Assembly: GCA_028534125.1 (NCBI GenBank)
Contig: CM052818.1
Span: forward strand, 21,268,001 to 21,332,000
Length of the DNA stretch: 64,000 bases
DNA from: Lama glama
Lineage: Eukaryota
Direction of reading: 5' to 3'
This document shows, piece after piece, positions 25,951-37,440 of the stretch (positions within the stretch are counted from its first letter, which is position 1; each line of letters starts with the position of its first letter). The notes under the pieces are model-generated. The model ran no database searches. It saw only the letters and a program-made list of their open reading frames with translations, and was not told the DNA's origin. The position numbers were made by a program, and so were the translations under genes.

Positions 25951-26139
25951 AATGCCATTATTTTCTGCAAGAGGAGGTAGCTTCACTTAGAGAATAAAGT
26001 CTGGACCTTCAACGATTTAGTCCCAAAAGGAGAATCTGCCAGCTGACCTCAAAACACTCTTTCCACTGAATTCCATGGAGGTTCCAAGGAAAGTTTCTTC
26101 CCTTCCATGCTCTGTCCCCAGTGGGAATAATATGTTCAC

Positions 26140-26705
26140 TTTTATCAGACAGAGTTAATCTGCAGGAGACAAAAGCCACTTTCTAGACCTTAAGCAGAAA
26201 GGTATTTAACATGGGGTGCTTATGAAGTGATTAGAAGAGCTGCAGGAATGGGTTCTAGCCCAGCTCCATGAATGACTCCCAGAACACCACCACAGAGCTG
26301 ACCTTCCAGGGAGCTGCTGCTTCTACTACCATCAAGGAGGCAGAGGATCAGGAGGTCAGTTCTGGAATCAGTCCAACAACACATCATCCAGTAGTGAGCC
26401 AGGAATCAGGACCATTTCTAACACATCGGCCTCTCAGCTCCACAATGGGATGCTGGGGCTCTGCTACGGAAAAGCCTTTTAGGTCTACGAGTGTGCTGGC
26501 AGGAATAATAGCCAAAGAAATGAACATGCACCCCCCCTACACACACTTTACCATCCAAGTTTCACAAGAGTGCATACAATTGGCAGAATGTCATTGACAC
26601 CCAGAACCCTAGCTGCAAAGATATCTATAGTTTTTGATTTTCCAGCCTCCCCAGTTTGTGAAGAAAGAAACAGGAATGGATGCAGAGTACAAGTCACCAT
26701 ATTAT
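26140..26705 (-). mobile_element. MLT1-family (ERVL-MaLR) solo LTR
   Basis: atcagacagagtt...aagccactttctag...aattggcagaat...cccagaaccctagctgcaaag...tttccagcctc resembles old MLT1 subfamilies. Confidence 0.65.
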
Positions 26706-27157
26706 TTCATGCTCTACTCCACTGCATAGCTGAGATTTGAAAGGCAAGCTGACGAGGAGGACATCTTCCTTTTGGAGTGAATGCTTCCTTCGATCCAGAC
26801 AAAACTGCAAAGTTGGCCAGGTGTGGCCACAGGGCTCCTAAGCTCACCTGTCCTCAGGTCCCTACAATTCCCAGAGGCCTCTTGCTCATCTCTTTCCCTC
26901 CAGCCTAGTTCCCAGTGAGCTGTTACCTACAAATATTATTTAGCAGCAAGTTCCTGGATGAAGGTATTAGAAGTCAAATGCTTATGGTCTTTTTTGCCTG
27001 TGATCTTTGGTTGTTAGTAAAAGGCTCTTAAAGACTCAAATTCTTGCTGATGACTCTAACTTCAGAACCCCTGAGCTGAGAGACACTCTTGTGCATACGA
27101 TGCATATCTGGCCAACGAAGTGAGGATGAGGATGAGGATGACGATAAGGTTACTGAA

Positions 27158-27435
27158 AATAATAGCTAACGTGTATTGAATACTTGCAATGTACTTGTCA
27201 CTGTTCTAAGTTCTCTGTATGTAGTGACTCTTTCAGTCCTCATAACAGCCTTGTGAGGTAGGCGCTATTATTTTGATGATTTTATGGCCACTGAAATAGA
27301 GACACAGAGTTTTCCCAGGTTCACACATGTATTAAGTGGAAGAGCGAGTATAAACTCAGAGTCCAAGAACGTCTATGCTCACCATTGGAAGAGCGAGTAT
27401 AAACTCAGAGTCCAAGAACGTCTATGCTCACCATT
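27158..27435 (-). mobile_element. MIR SINE
   Basis: aataatagctaacgtgtattgaatactt...cactgttctaag...cctcataacagccttgtgaggtagg. Confidence 0.85.
27337..27435. repeat. perfect 49-bp tandem duplication
   Basis: tggaagagcgagtataaactcagagtccaagaacgtctatgctcaccat at 27337-27385 and 27386-27434. Confidence 0.97.
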
Positions 27436-27439
27436 CTCT

Positions 27440-27800
27440 CCATGAGATATCATGGGACATCTGCTGCTGTTCCTGGGGAAAATTTTCCTCCATGACAAAA
27501 GAGCAGCCCAAGGAGAAAACCCTTTTACCCCTTTCCCTCCTTTCTTTGCACGTTCTTGTGTTAAGGAGGAGTGGCAGCTATCTTGTAACCATGAGGCAAT
27601 AAGCTTGGCAAAAGCTAAGAAGCTTATGACAGTGGAATAAAGAATGCAAAGAGCCTGATTCCCTGATGATAGTATTAGATTTCTAAACAGACCCTTGGAC
27701 CACCAATCTCTGGACTTTTAAAAAATAGATAATAAACAGCCTCATCACTAAACTACTGTTAGATCTTCTGTTACTTGAAGCCAAAAGCTTCCTAATTAAT
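27440..27800 (+). mobile_element. MLT1 (J/K/L-like) LTR, 3' part
   Basis: ggcagctatcttgtaaccatgagg...ccctgatgat...ctctggactt...aataaa...ttctgttacttgaagccaaaagcttcctaa. Confidence 0.75.
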
Positions 27801-29486
27801 TGAGATTTTCCATGTTGCACCTTAAAAAGCCTCTCCACATGGGCAGCCATCTTGCTAATAAAGAATTCCAGTCCTGGTTAGTCATTAGGTTACTAATACC
27901 AGTTAAGTTCCATTATTTTTGCAAACTTTGCAACAGGAATATTATCTTCAGGAGTAAGAGTTGGAAAAATCTTTTATGGTCATGATTAGTAATAAAAATG
28001 TACCTTTCTTAATAAGCTTGACCCCAGATCCTGCAATGGACCAACAGAGACTCACTGTGGAGGTGGTGATGAGGAGCACAGTGGAATCTAAGAGCCTCAC
28101 CAGGGCACTCTTGTTGGAGACCCCCATCTGCATTTTCTCTGTGGTTCTTAGTCATTATCCTGGAGAGCAAGGCCAGAGAGAGCTCTGAAGAGTCCTGATA
28201 AGGTGGCACTTCTTTGAACTTGGGGATTCTCAGCTGAAGATTGACTCCTCCCCTCTGGTTGAAATTGGGAAGACCTACCTGCTTTACCCGCACACTGAGG
28301 ACAATTATGAGTTCAGCACAATTCACTCAAATTCAACCAGACCACACAAATCAATACAGCACAGTGTAATACAACACAACGAACCCAACAACCAAAACTA
28401 GAGCAGGTGTGTGTGCGTGCCTGTATGTGTGTGAATGTTTTTCCATGGCTCGCATGCTCCTGATTTCCTTGGTGACTTTTATTACCAGGAGGTTGTCTCA
28501 TCAACGGCTCTCTCCTCCAAGGTGCTAGGAAGATGTTGTAGCTAAAAGGAGGAAGGCGAGTCCTCTCCCAGCGGGCCCTGCTGCCTGAATGTCCCCAAGG
28601 CTTTCATCTTCCTTTCATAGACTGATCACTCATCTTTCTCCATAGACATTTTAAAAACACTTGACTCTTTACAATACAATTCATCATCCAATCCCTCTTT
28701 TTCCCATTAAGATGTTATTCTGGGAACGTCTGTTTGCTATTTTTAGGACCATTGATTTCTTCTTGAATCATTCTGCCTGCGTTATTTGTGATGTCCTCAG
28801 ACAATACCGCTGGTCTGACTCTTCCATCGACACCTAGCAGAGGCATCCTGGCGATCAGTTAGCAGACGCGGCAGGAGGGACGGGGCTGGGGAAGGAACCT
28901 CAGCCCCGGCCCCGGCCCCTCCCCTTCTTCCCCTGCAGAAATAATCACAATGACAATAACGACACCACCGCCCTGCATTTATACGGAACATTGTACTTTT
29001 CAAAGAGCAGACACCTTTCAATGAACAGCACATGATATCTTTCAAAGGATGAGAACAGAACAATATGCCGGAGAACTATTTTTGATTGGGATAGGGAGGG
29101 TGAGTAGCAGTATGCCTACCCTGGACTATTTTTCTACCAGTTTCGCATTTGTCTTGAGGAAAGAAAATCTGTTCTGTGTTTCACCTCATTTCCTCCCACA
29201 CCTGGCCCTTGTGGTTATGTCACTGCTCCGTACAACTTGGCCCAAGTGGGACAAGCTCCTGCTCCCCATCAACACAGCCGAGAGCCTCGAATTTTCTCAG
29301 AGCACTCTATTTTCAAGCAAACAATTTCTCTCTTCAATTTCTAGGTAACTTGAATTGCCATTAGATGCAAGGTGTTGGAACAAGACTCATTCTGGGGACT
29401 TTGGGAGAAGGCATCTACTGGAAGATAGCTGGGGGACAGTGGAAAGGGAGCTGGACATCGTGTCAGGCAACTTGGGTTCAAATGTC

Positions 29487-29986
29487 NNNNNNNNNNNNNN
29501 NNNNNNNNNNNNNNNNNNNNNNNNNNNNNNNNNNNNNNNNNNNNNNNNNNNNNNNNNNNNNNNNNNNNNNNNNNNNNNNNNNNNNNNNNNNNNNNNNNNN
29601 NNNNNNNNNNNNNNNNNNNNNNNNNNNNNNNNNNNNNNNNNNNNNNNNNNNNNNNNNNNNNNNNNNNNNNNNNNNNNNNNNNNNNNNNNNNNNNNNNNNN
29701 NNNNNNNNNNNNNNNNNNNNNNNNNNNNNNNNNNNNNNNNNNNNNNNNNNNNNNNNNNNNNNNNNNNNNNNNNNNNNNNNNNNNNNNNNNNNNNNNNNNN
29801 NNNNNNNNNNNNNNNNNNNNNNNNNNNNNNNNNNNNNNNNNNNNNNNNNNNNNNNNNNNNNNNNNNNNNNNNNNNNNNNNNNNNNNNNNNNNNNNNNNNN
29901 NNNNNNNNNNNNNNNNNNNNNNNNNNNNNNNNNNNNNNNNNNNNNNNNNNNNNNNNNNNNNNNNNNNNNNNNNNNNNNNNNNNNNN
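29487..29986. other. assembly gap (500 N)
   Basis: N run followed by a poly(A) tract. Confidence 1.
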
Positions 29987-30080
29987 AAAAAAAAAAAAAG
30001 TCCTCCAGAAGGATTTTCTAGGCTGGCTTGCAATTTTATCATCCTTTTGAGTACAAATAATTATTATGATAAAAAAAACC

Positions 30081-30304
30081 TGACTATAGTTGCTAACACT
30101 GTATTGTACGATGGAAATTTGCTAAGAAGGTAGAGCTTAAATGTTCTCACCAAAAAAAAAAAAAAAGGTAAACATGTGAGATGATGGGTGTGTTAATTCA
30201 CTCAATGTGGGGAATCCATATGAATATCAAATCACCACATTGCACACTTCAAATAGCTTACAATGTTATTTGTCAGTTACACCTCAATAAAGCTAAAAAA
30301 AAAA
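30081..30304 (+). mobile_element. L1 (L1MA9/10-like) 3' end
   Basis: tgactatagttgctaacactgtattgta...aaatttgctaaga...ttatttgtcagttacacctcaataaagct followed by A tail. Confidence 0.85.
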
Positions 30305-30319
30305 CCCATATTAAAAAAC

Positions 30320-30500
30320 TCTGGGCATTTGAGTGGTCTCCACTTTCTTGTAATCCTACAAATAGGTTACAGCAGGCATTATTTCCCCAGCTGGAAAAAT
30401 GTGCAAAACCGGGGCTCAGGGAAGTCAACAGACCCAAGGTCTCCCAGCATTTGGGGCTGGAGCTGGAATCTGATTGTTGGAATCGTGCACCCCTTTCCAC
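30320..30500 (-). mobile_element. MIR
   Basis: taatcctac...aggcattatttcccc...ggctcagggaagtcaac...cccaaggtctcccagc. Confidence 0.55.
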
Positions 30501-31084
30501 CTTCTCCTTGGCTTCCCTCTGTCTCACTCAGTTCACAGCCTCTGACCTTCTCCTCCCACTCTAGTGGTGGAGACTTGTGCTGGGAGTGAGAAAGCCCAAT
30601 TTACCAGTGAGATTGTACTAAGAATGGGCTTCAGTACCTATCTAGGGCCGCAGGTGGCTTCTGGGGCCTTTTCTGTATCCCCAGCACAGAGCTTGAAACA
30701 GAGGGATGCTCCGTAAAAGGGTGCTGAAGTGAGTTAACTTCTGGTGCTGCAATCTTAGTACTCCTGAGCTTCGGGCATGGAAAACCATAGCGCAGGGAGG
30801 CTGCATGAGCGACGCTGAGGTCCACTTAGCATTTTCTTTTTCTTTTTTTCTTTTTGGTAATGAAAGAAATGAAAAATGACCTTTTATTTAGGTCGTCTTA
30901 GAGAAACACATGCCAGTGACATTCAGCTGTCAGGCAAACACACCATATTCATTGATTGGAGGACACAACACACATCTGATGACAAATCATCTCAAATTGA
31001 CATACACAGTTAATGCATTTCCAAACAATATTTTTGAAGATACAAGCAAGATTTCTTTAAAATTAATATGGAAATGGCATTTTC

Positions 31085-31530
31085 TAATAATAACAATTCT
31101 TACTGTTATTAGTCATTGAGAGTTTATGGTGTGCCGACAACTTAAACCATTTTACATGGGTTATTTCAGTACTATGGTTGTCCCTCTGAATCCACGGGGA
31201 GTTGATTCCAGGACCTGCCATGAATATCAAAATTCGTGGATGCTCAAGTCCCAGAGTCAGCAGATCCTCCGTATCCGCGGTTCCACATCCGTGGATTCCA
31301 CCAACTGCAGATTCTAAACACAGTACATGGTCCATGGTTGGTGGAACCCACAGATGCAGAAGGCAGGCAGACTGTACAATGATGCTGTGAAATAGGTCCT
31401 CTCTATCACAGTTTTACAGGTGAGGAAACCAGAGTCCAGATAAGCGGCTTGCTCAAGGTTATCCAGGCAGTATGTGGAAGGGGGGAGGTCAGGATTCACA
31501 CTAAGACAGCCAAGTCCAGAGATTATGCTC
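31085..31530 (-). mobile_element. MIR split by a Tigger MITE
   Basis: cattgagagtttatggtgtgcc... resumes as ttttacaggtgaggaaacc...cttgctcaaggttatcc. Confidence 0.75.
31175..31374. mobile_element. TcMar-Tigger MITE (MER2/MER8/Tigger2-like)
   Basis: gttgtccctctgaatccacggggagttgattccaggacc...ggatgctcaagtccc...gactg, flanked by TA at 31173-74 and 31375-76. Confidence 0.85.
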
Positions 31531-32142
31531 TCAGCCTGGGAGCGGGTCCCCTCCTCCACCTGCCAACAAACACAAAGAACCTGTCCCAGGGTCCAGGGCT
31601 CTCAGACAGCCTGGGGCTCCCAGTTGCCTCATTCCCTAGACTGATACCCCCGTCCTCCAACACGTTCACCTCCTTCAGAGTTTGGACTTTTCTTCCACTC
31701 CCCTCCTCTCCTCACTTGTTCATTCAACTTTCTTATCTTTCCTGTTTCCCACATTTTAAAAGGTGGTCTCCCTCTATTTTCTCCTGTCCCTTCCCCTTTG
31801 CCCTTGGTTTTTTCTCTCACCTCTCCAAATTGTTCCCCCTTCTTTTTTGTCTTCCCTGCAGCCTCTCCCCACCATCTCTCTCTTTCTTTTGCAGCAATGT
31901 TGGCACGACTGTAAGTCGTGGGAGAAAATAACCAGGAGGAGAGCTCGGGATCCTCAGGGCCATCAGTTCTTTCTCATGTGGGATGAGTCATTCAGCCCAG
32001 GAGGGTATCCGTTCCCATTTCCTGGGCACACAGTAGTGAGGAGAAGCAGATGCTAACTGAATACCTCCCCGCAAATGTAAACTCTAACTGGATGAGGACG
32101 ATCAGTAGATAGTAGGTAATATCAGTGTGTCAGCTCTTTAAA

Positions 32143-32370
32143 AACATTTTTTTAAATTGAAGTGTAGTTGATTTACAGTGTTAGTTTCAGGTGTACAGCA
32201 AAGCTCCTCAGTTATACATCTATACATATTTTTTCCCCAGATTCTTTTCCATTACAGCTCATTAAAAGAAATCGAATATAGTTCCCTGTGCTGTACAGTA
32301 GGGCCTTGTTGTTTATCTATTTTATATATAGTAATGTGTATCTGTTAATTCCCAATCCCTAATTTATCCC
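32143..32370 (-). mobile_element. 5'-truncated L1 3' UTR (same family as 7719-7976)
   Basis: aattgaagtgtagttgatttacagtgttagtttcaggtgtacagcaaag...; TSD tcagctc(a)tttaa at 32130 and 32371. Confidence 0.9.
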
Positions 32371-32374
32371 TCAG

Positions 32375-32560
32375 CTCATTTAATACTCACAGTCATCCTC
32401 TGAGGGAAGTGCTAGAATTGGTCCCATTCTGCAGATGAGGAAACTGCAGGAAAAAGAAGTTGAAAGATTTGCTCAAGGTCACAAAGTTGGTAAGTAGCAG
32501 GGTCGGAATTCAGACCCCAGTGGTGGGCCTGTGTTCTCAGGCCCTGTGCTGTGTTGCTGA
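32375..32560 (-). mobile_element. MIR
   Basis: cccattctgcagatgaggaaactg...tttgctcaaggtcacaaag. Confidence 0.8.
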
Positions 32561-32619
32561 AAAGTCAGGGCAGGCTTCCCTGAGGAGGTGATGATGGGGT
32601 TAGACCTACGGCTAAGCAG

Positions 32620-32961
32620 AGCTGTGTTTGGGCTGATATAACAAAATACCATAGACCGGGTAGCTTCTAAATGACAGAAATTTATTTCCCACAGTTCTGA
32701 AGTCCAAGATCAAGGTGCTAGCACAGGGTGTCTGCTGAGGGCTTCCCGATTCACAGATGGCCATCTTCTCTCTGTGTTCTCACATGGTAGAAGGGGTGAG
32801 GGACCTCTCTGGGGCCTCTTTTATAAGGGCATTAATCCCATTCACGAGGGCTCCACCCTCATGACCGAATCACCTCCCAAAGGCCCCATGTCCAAATACC
32901 ACTACAATGAGGGTTAGGCTTCAGCGTATGAAGTTCAGGGAGACATGTTCAGTCCAGAGCA
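32620..32961 (-). mobile_element. MLT1A-type MaLR solo LTR
   Basis: gggctgatataacaaaataccatagac...aagtccaagatcaaggtg...ttttataagggcattaatcccattcacgagggctccaccctcatgacc. Confidence 0.9.
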
Positions 32962-34669
32962 AGCTGGATTATCAAATGTGCAACAAACTCTTGCTCTGCC
33001 CTCTGCCCTTGTCCATGGCAGACATCACTAGTTGATGACAGCACCCCTCTTCTGAGATGGGGACTCTTCAGATTCCTTCAGATCCCTCAAGAAGGTGCTC
33101 CAACAAGCCACAACTGATTGATCAGAATTGGACCAGGAGTTGGAACCTATTTGCCAGCCTAATCCTAAGCCAGCAGGCACTGTGTTAGCTTAGAAGCACC
33201 TTCTCTGTGTCAGTGAGGCAGCCACCATTGACTAGGCACTTGCTGTAGAAGAATTTTGACTTTCCCCATAGGGCAGTTACTTGGGCTACCTGGACTGGGT
33301 TTTCATTCTCTGGAAACAGAGTGACAGGGAAGGGGCAGGGGACTGGGGATGTCTGTGAGCTTCCAGGGGAGTTGTCATGGGATTCCTAGCCTGTAGAGCG
33401 CTTCACTGTTGGACCAACTTGGTTTCCATTCTGGGGTCCCCGAATCCTCACTGACTCACAGCCAAAGAGAAATTATGCTGAGACTGGCAGTCACTCCTGG
33501 TCCTAAACATCAGCTTCCAAACCGAGAATTCAAAACATCTGCTCAAGTGCTGACCTCCATACGACATCCCTCCTCGCAGTCCTGCCCTGACCAGCTGTGT
33601 GCCGGCAGAGCCCAGCTCCCTGGAAAAATCCAGAGCAGAGGGCAACACACGATGGGGAGGGGGGCCTGACAGCCCAAACATGGCCCCTAGGATCACTGAC
33701 CCCTTAGACGGCTCCTCCATTTTATGTAAAGTCCTGCCATTGTTTTCAGCAATCACATTACATATTGTCTTTAAAAAAAATTATACATTTAATGTGGTTA
33801 TACTTGTATGAATAGATCAGTATGATATAAGTGATATTTAGTAACCGATAATTACTGCGTGTTAGCCATCTGCTATTCCTGAGGGTTTCACCAAACCCTT
33901 TCATAAAAGCCAAATGATACTCTGCAGCCAAATTATATAACATTAACAGAATATTTCATATGCGAAATTCTGTACTTCTTTACTTTTCATTCAACTAAAA
34001 ATGTACACAGTCAGTAACAAGCCATTTCAGCTGCATATTTATCCAAAACATTTCATAGGCAAAAAAAAAAAAAAAAGTCAAGTGAGAAAAATAACAGTTC
34101 AGCCACACGAGGGCTAGGAAAAAACACATTAGAAAAGGGATCCTCATTACAATAATAAACGAGGGTCCAATTAAGGCTGCCACGTGCAGGGCAGGTCTAT
34201 ACTTGGCAGGGAGGGTCTGCCCTTGACTCTGAGAGCCTCCTGCACCCTCACCAACATTCCAACTGGGCTGCCCCAGCTGCTGCAGAGCAAACATCAACCA
34301 CTGTGGCCACTTTAAAGTCTCGCATTCTGGAAGGTGTAAGCAGATACTGCCTTCCAGATATCTGAGCCCTTGTCTCATCACCCAGTAATCCTCACCACCC
34401 TGGTACAAGCAGCCAGCCAGACCAAGCAGAGGAGTAGGGCGGAGGGGTGCAGAGGGTCTGTGTTCCACAGTCCATCCATGAGAAGACACATCTCAGCATC
34501 TGTGAACCTGAGCTCCAAGCCTGGCAGATGGGGGAGACACTGGGGTGTGGCATTTGCCCAATAAGTGTGATGTGTGGAGCCCCGACGGGGAGGGAAGGGA
34601 AGAGCTTGCCCCTGGATCCTGCAGAGGGATGAAAGGGTAGTGTAGTGTAGTAAATATTCAGACAGTGTT

Positions 34670-34830
34670 TACCTTCGCTGAGCCTCGGTTTCCTCATCTG
34701 TAAAATGGGAATATAATACTTACCCTTTGGGGTCATTTGAGGATTAAGTGAGATTATGTATGCCAAGTGTTAAGCACAGTGTCTGGCCCATAAAAGTCAC
34801 TTACTAAAGGTTTGCTATTATTATTATTAG
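34670..34830 (+). mobile_element. MIR
   Basis: gagcctcggtttcctcatctgtaaaatggg...aggattaagtgagattatgtatg...tattattattatt. Confidence 0.9.
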
Positions 34831-36101
34831 GCTTATGAAATAATTGAGTAAATAAAATATAACCGAATGAAACAGTAGGGAATCATGACGGAACAACACG
34901 GCAGTGAGTGCAAAACACTCAAGTACAGACCAAATTTGAGGTGTTGAGAGGTTCACAGAGTGGGGAGGTGAGCAAGGGCAATGGGAGCTGAGCAGTGCTC
35001 AGCAGATTTCACATAAGAACTTCTCTGTTTCAGATCCTAAAGGATACCAGGTCACTTGCAGTCTCTGGCAAGGGTTGGGAGGCCCCTGAGGGCAGATTTA
35101 TTCCTCAGGCCTCATGCTTAGCTGTGGGCTCCAGCAATCAGGTCAATGGTGGAATCTATTTATGGGAACTTGGGCGCAGTAGAACAGGCTTTCTTCCAGG
35201 ATGGATAATTGAGAAGGGCAGAGAATTCATAGAGGCACTTAATGTCCCTGTGTCAGCAGTTTACTTCTAATTAATCTTCTCAGAATTGCTCTAGCCTTGT
35301 TCGCAAGAGCTTCCAACCTTTATATCCTGACTTCTTAAAGGGCCAGGGTCTTTTTTTGGATGGAACATCAAAGAACCGCCCAGATAATAGAAAACCTATT
35401 TTTAACACTGTTACTTGGCTATTTTCCCTTCTCCCATACATCTTTACACAGGCAGGGAGAGGGACTATGGAGGGATAAGGACATGTCAGGAGGAGAGACT
35501 GGGATGACGGATGGCAGGGCAGGGAAGGAGTGGGTAGCATTTGGGGCCTGAGCCTTGACTGCTGTGCACTGTCTGAGAATGATGGTAAAATAGGTGAAGC
35601 ACACGAAAGCCTTCTTCTCTGCGATTGTCCCATGGCTGAAAATGTCCGTCTAAAGTCAGTGTTAAAATCCAATCCTCTCATAGATACAGCAGCTATTTAA
35701 AGGAGCCCTGCTTTTTAGAATGAATAATTCATGTCAGTTTGGGCATATTAGATTCTCTTAAAGTGGGATACATGTATGTTGTATATGTTATGAACATAGT
35801 CCATTAAAACAAGTGTTAGAGAGGCTTGCACCAAAGGTTTCATAGTAAATATTGCAGCAATGCTGGATCCAAATAGAAGGCCTTGGTATTTATTGAGCAT
35901 TTACTATGTACCCCTGCCCCACCCAGTGCAGGAAGTCACAGAGAATGCAAAACAAGACGTATTTCACCTCTACAGACTTCTGTTTCCTCATCTGTAAAAT
36001 GAGGTGTTGGATGAAAAGATGTCTAACACAACTTCTAGCCCTGGACATCCATGCTTCTGTGGTGTGATCTGTGCCTGAACAAGACTCAGAATCTTGCTGG
36101 A

Positions 36102-36256
36102 GGGGCTGGGTACAGCTCAGTGGTAGAGCGTGTGCTTAGCATGCACGAGGTCCTGGGTTCAATCCCCAGTACCTCCATTAAAAATAATAATAATAATAAA
36201 TGAATGAATGAATGAACTTAATTATCCCTGCCTCTAAAAATAAAAAATAAAAAAAA
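36102..36256 (+). mobile_element. tRNA-Ala-derived camelid SINE (vic-1-like)
   Basis: gggtacagctcagtggtagagcgtgtgcttagcatgcacgaggtcctgggttcaatccccagtacctcca plus A-rich tail; perfect 14-bp TSD agaatcttgctgga at 36088-36101 and 36257-36270. Confidence 0.95.
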
Positions 36257-37194
36257 AGAATCTTGCTGGAAAAAAAGCACAATACACATTGTCCAATGAA
36301 ATAACTATGCCGTAATGACTAGAGGTCAGGGAGGGCGAGGCCGTGAGGGTTGGGAAAGGCCTGAAAGTCTTTTCTCCAGTTCATGGGACATGGCAGGGCC
36401 TTCTAAGGTGGAGAAAGAACACCAGGGGGACCAGGGGAGGGTTGTGTCAACTTGGAGGGGCAAGCCTGGTAATGGTAGGGGCCCAGAGAATACCTGCCCA
36501 ACGGGGCTGTTGGAAGATTAAGTGAGATAATACACAGAGTCCAGCATAAGTGCCTGGGGCACAGTGAACAGATAATATACACGTCCAAACAACTGCTAGG
36601 GAGTGACTGGCATGGAGAACCTTCTGCTTCAACGGCGTGGGTGTGACGAGGAGGAGGAGAGGACCTTGGAGGAGCTGCTGCAGAGGCTGCAGACATGGAA
36701 CCAGCAGGGTGGCCGCACTGCAGGATGGCTGTCCCTCAAGGACAGAGAGGGGGGACAGGTCTGGCACCAAGATCCATCTCTATTTAGCTGTTTTTGTACA
36801 AAAGTTCCTCACTAGGGGCATGTCAATAGCAACCCTGAGATCTTGGAGAACTCACTAGATGAAATTTGGACTCAGTTGGCCTCTTGGAATGATCAGGGAG
36901 AATTTTACTTTGAAAAATGAATTTTGCACATTTTGGGGTCCTTATTATTTATTATTAACCAGGACTCAAAGTCATTTATTGTACCGTCTGTGCCCTTTGT
37001 GCTGTTACCAAGAAGTCAGTGGGCCTAGCAAACGCTGAGTTCTTGAAGGTGTCTCAGGACCATAATGCTGAGAGGCCTCTTTAAAGAACTTGCCTGGCCT
37101 TCTGTGAGCTGCTGTCATGACCTTCCACGGCTCTGGATAGATTCCCAGCCAATGATATTGACATCGATAACTCCTTTCTTTGCGTTCCAATTAA

Positions 37195-37440
37195 TATTAT
37201 TATTAATCATAACTATCACTTATTGAGCCTTTATTGATCCAGGTACATAAGTAGATTTTGAAACCAGATTATAAAATACCTTACATTGGTCCCATGAGAT
37301 AGGTTTATTATTATGTCCATTTTAGAGATAAGGAAACTGAGGACCAGAGGGGTTAAGCGATTTGCCCAAAGTCACACAGCAGGCCAGTGGCAGAGCTAGG
37401 ATGCAAGCACAGCTCTGTCTAATTCTGATTCTTAATAATG
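37195..37440 (-). mobile_element. MIR
   Basis: ccattttagagataaggaaactgaggaccagaggggttaagcgatttgcccaaagtcacacagc. Confidence 0.9.

Noticed and set aside
27337..27435. CRISPR-like direct repeats
   Set aside because: Only two adjacent copies, no spacer, eukaryotic MIR context
29341..30050. Long ORFs of 200+ aa (also 58941-59766)
   Set aside because: Artefacts of translating through N-gaps
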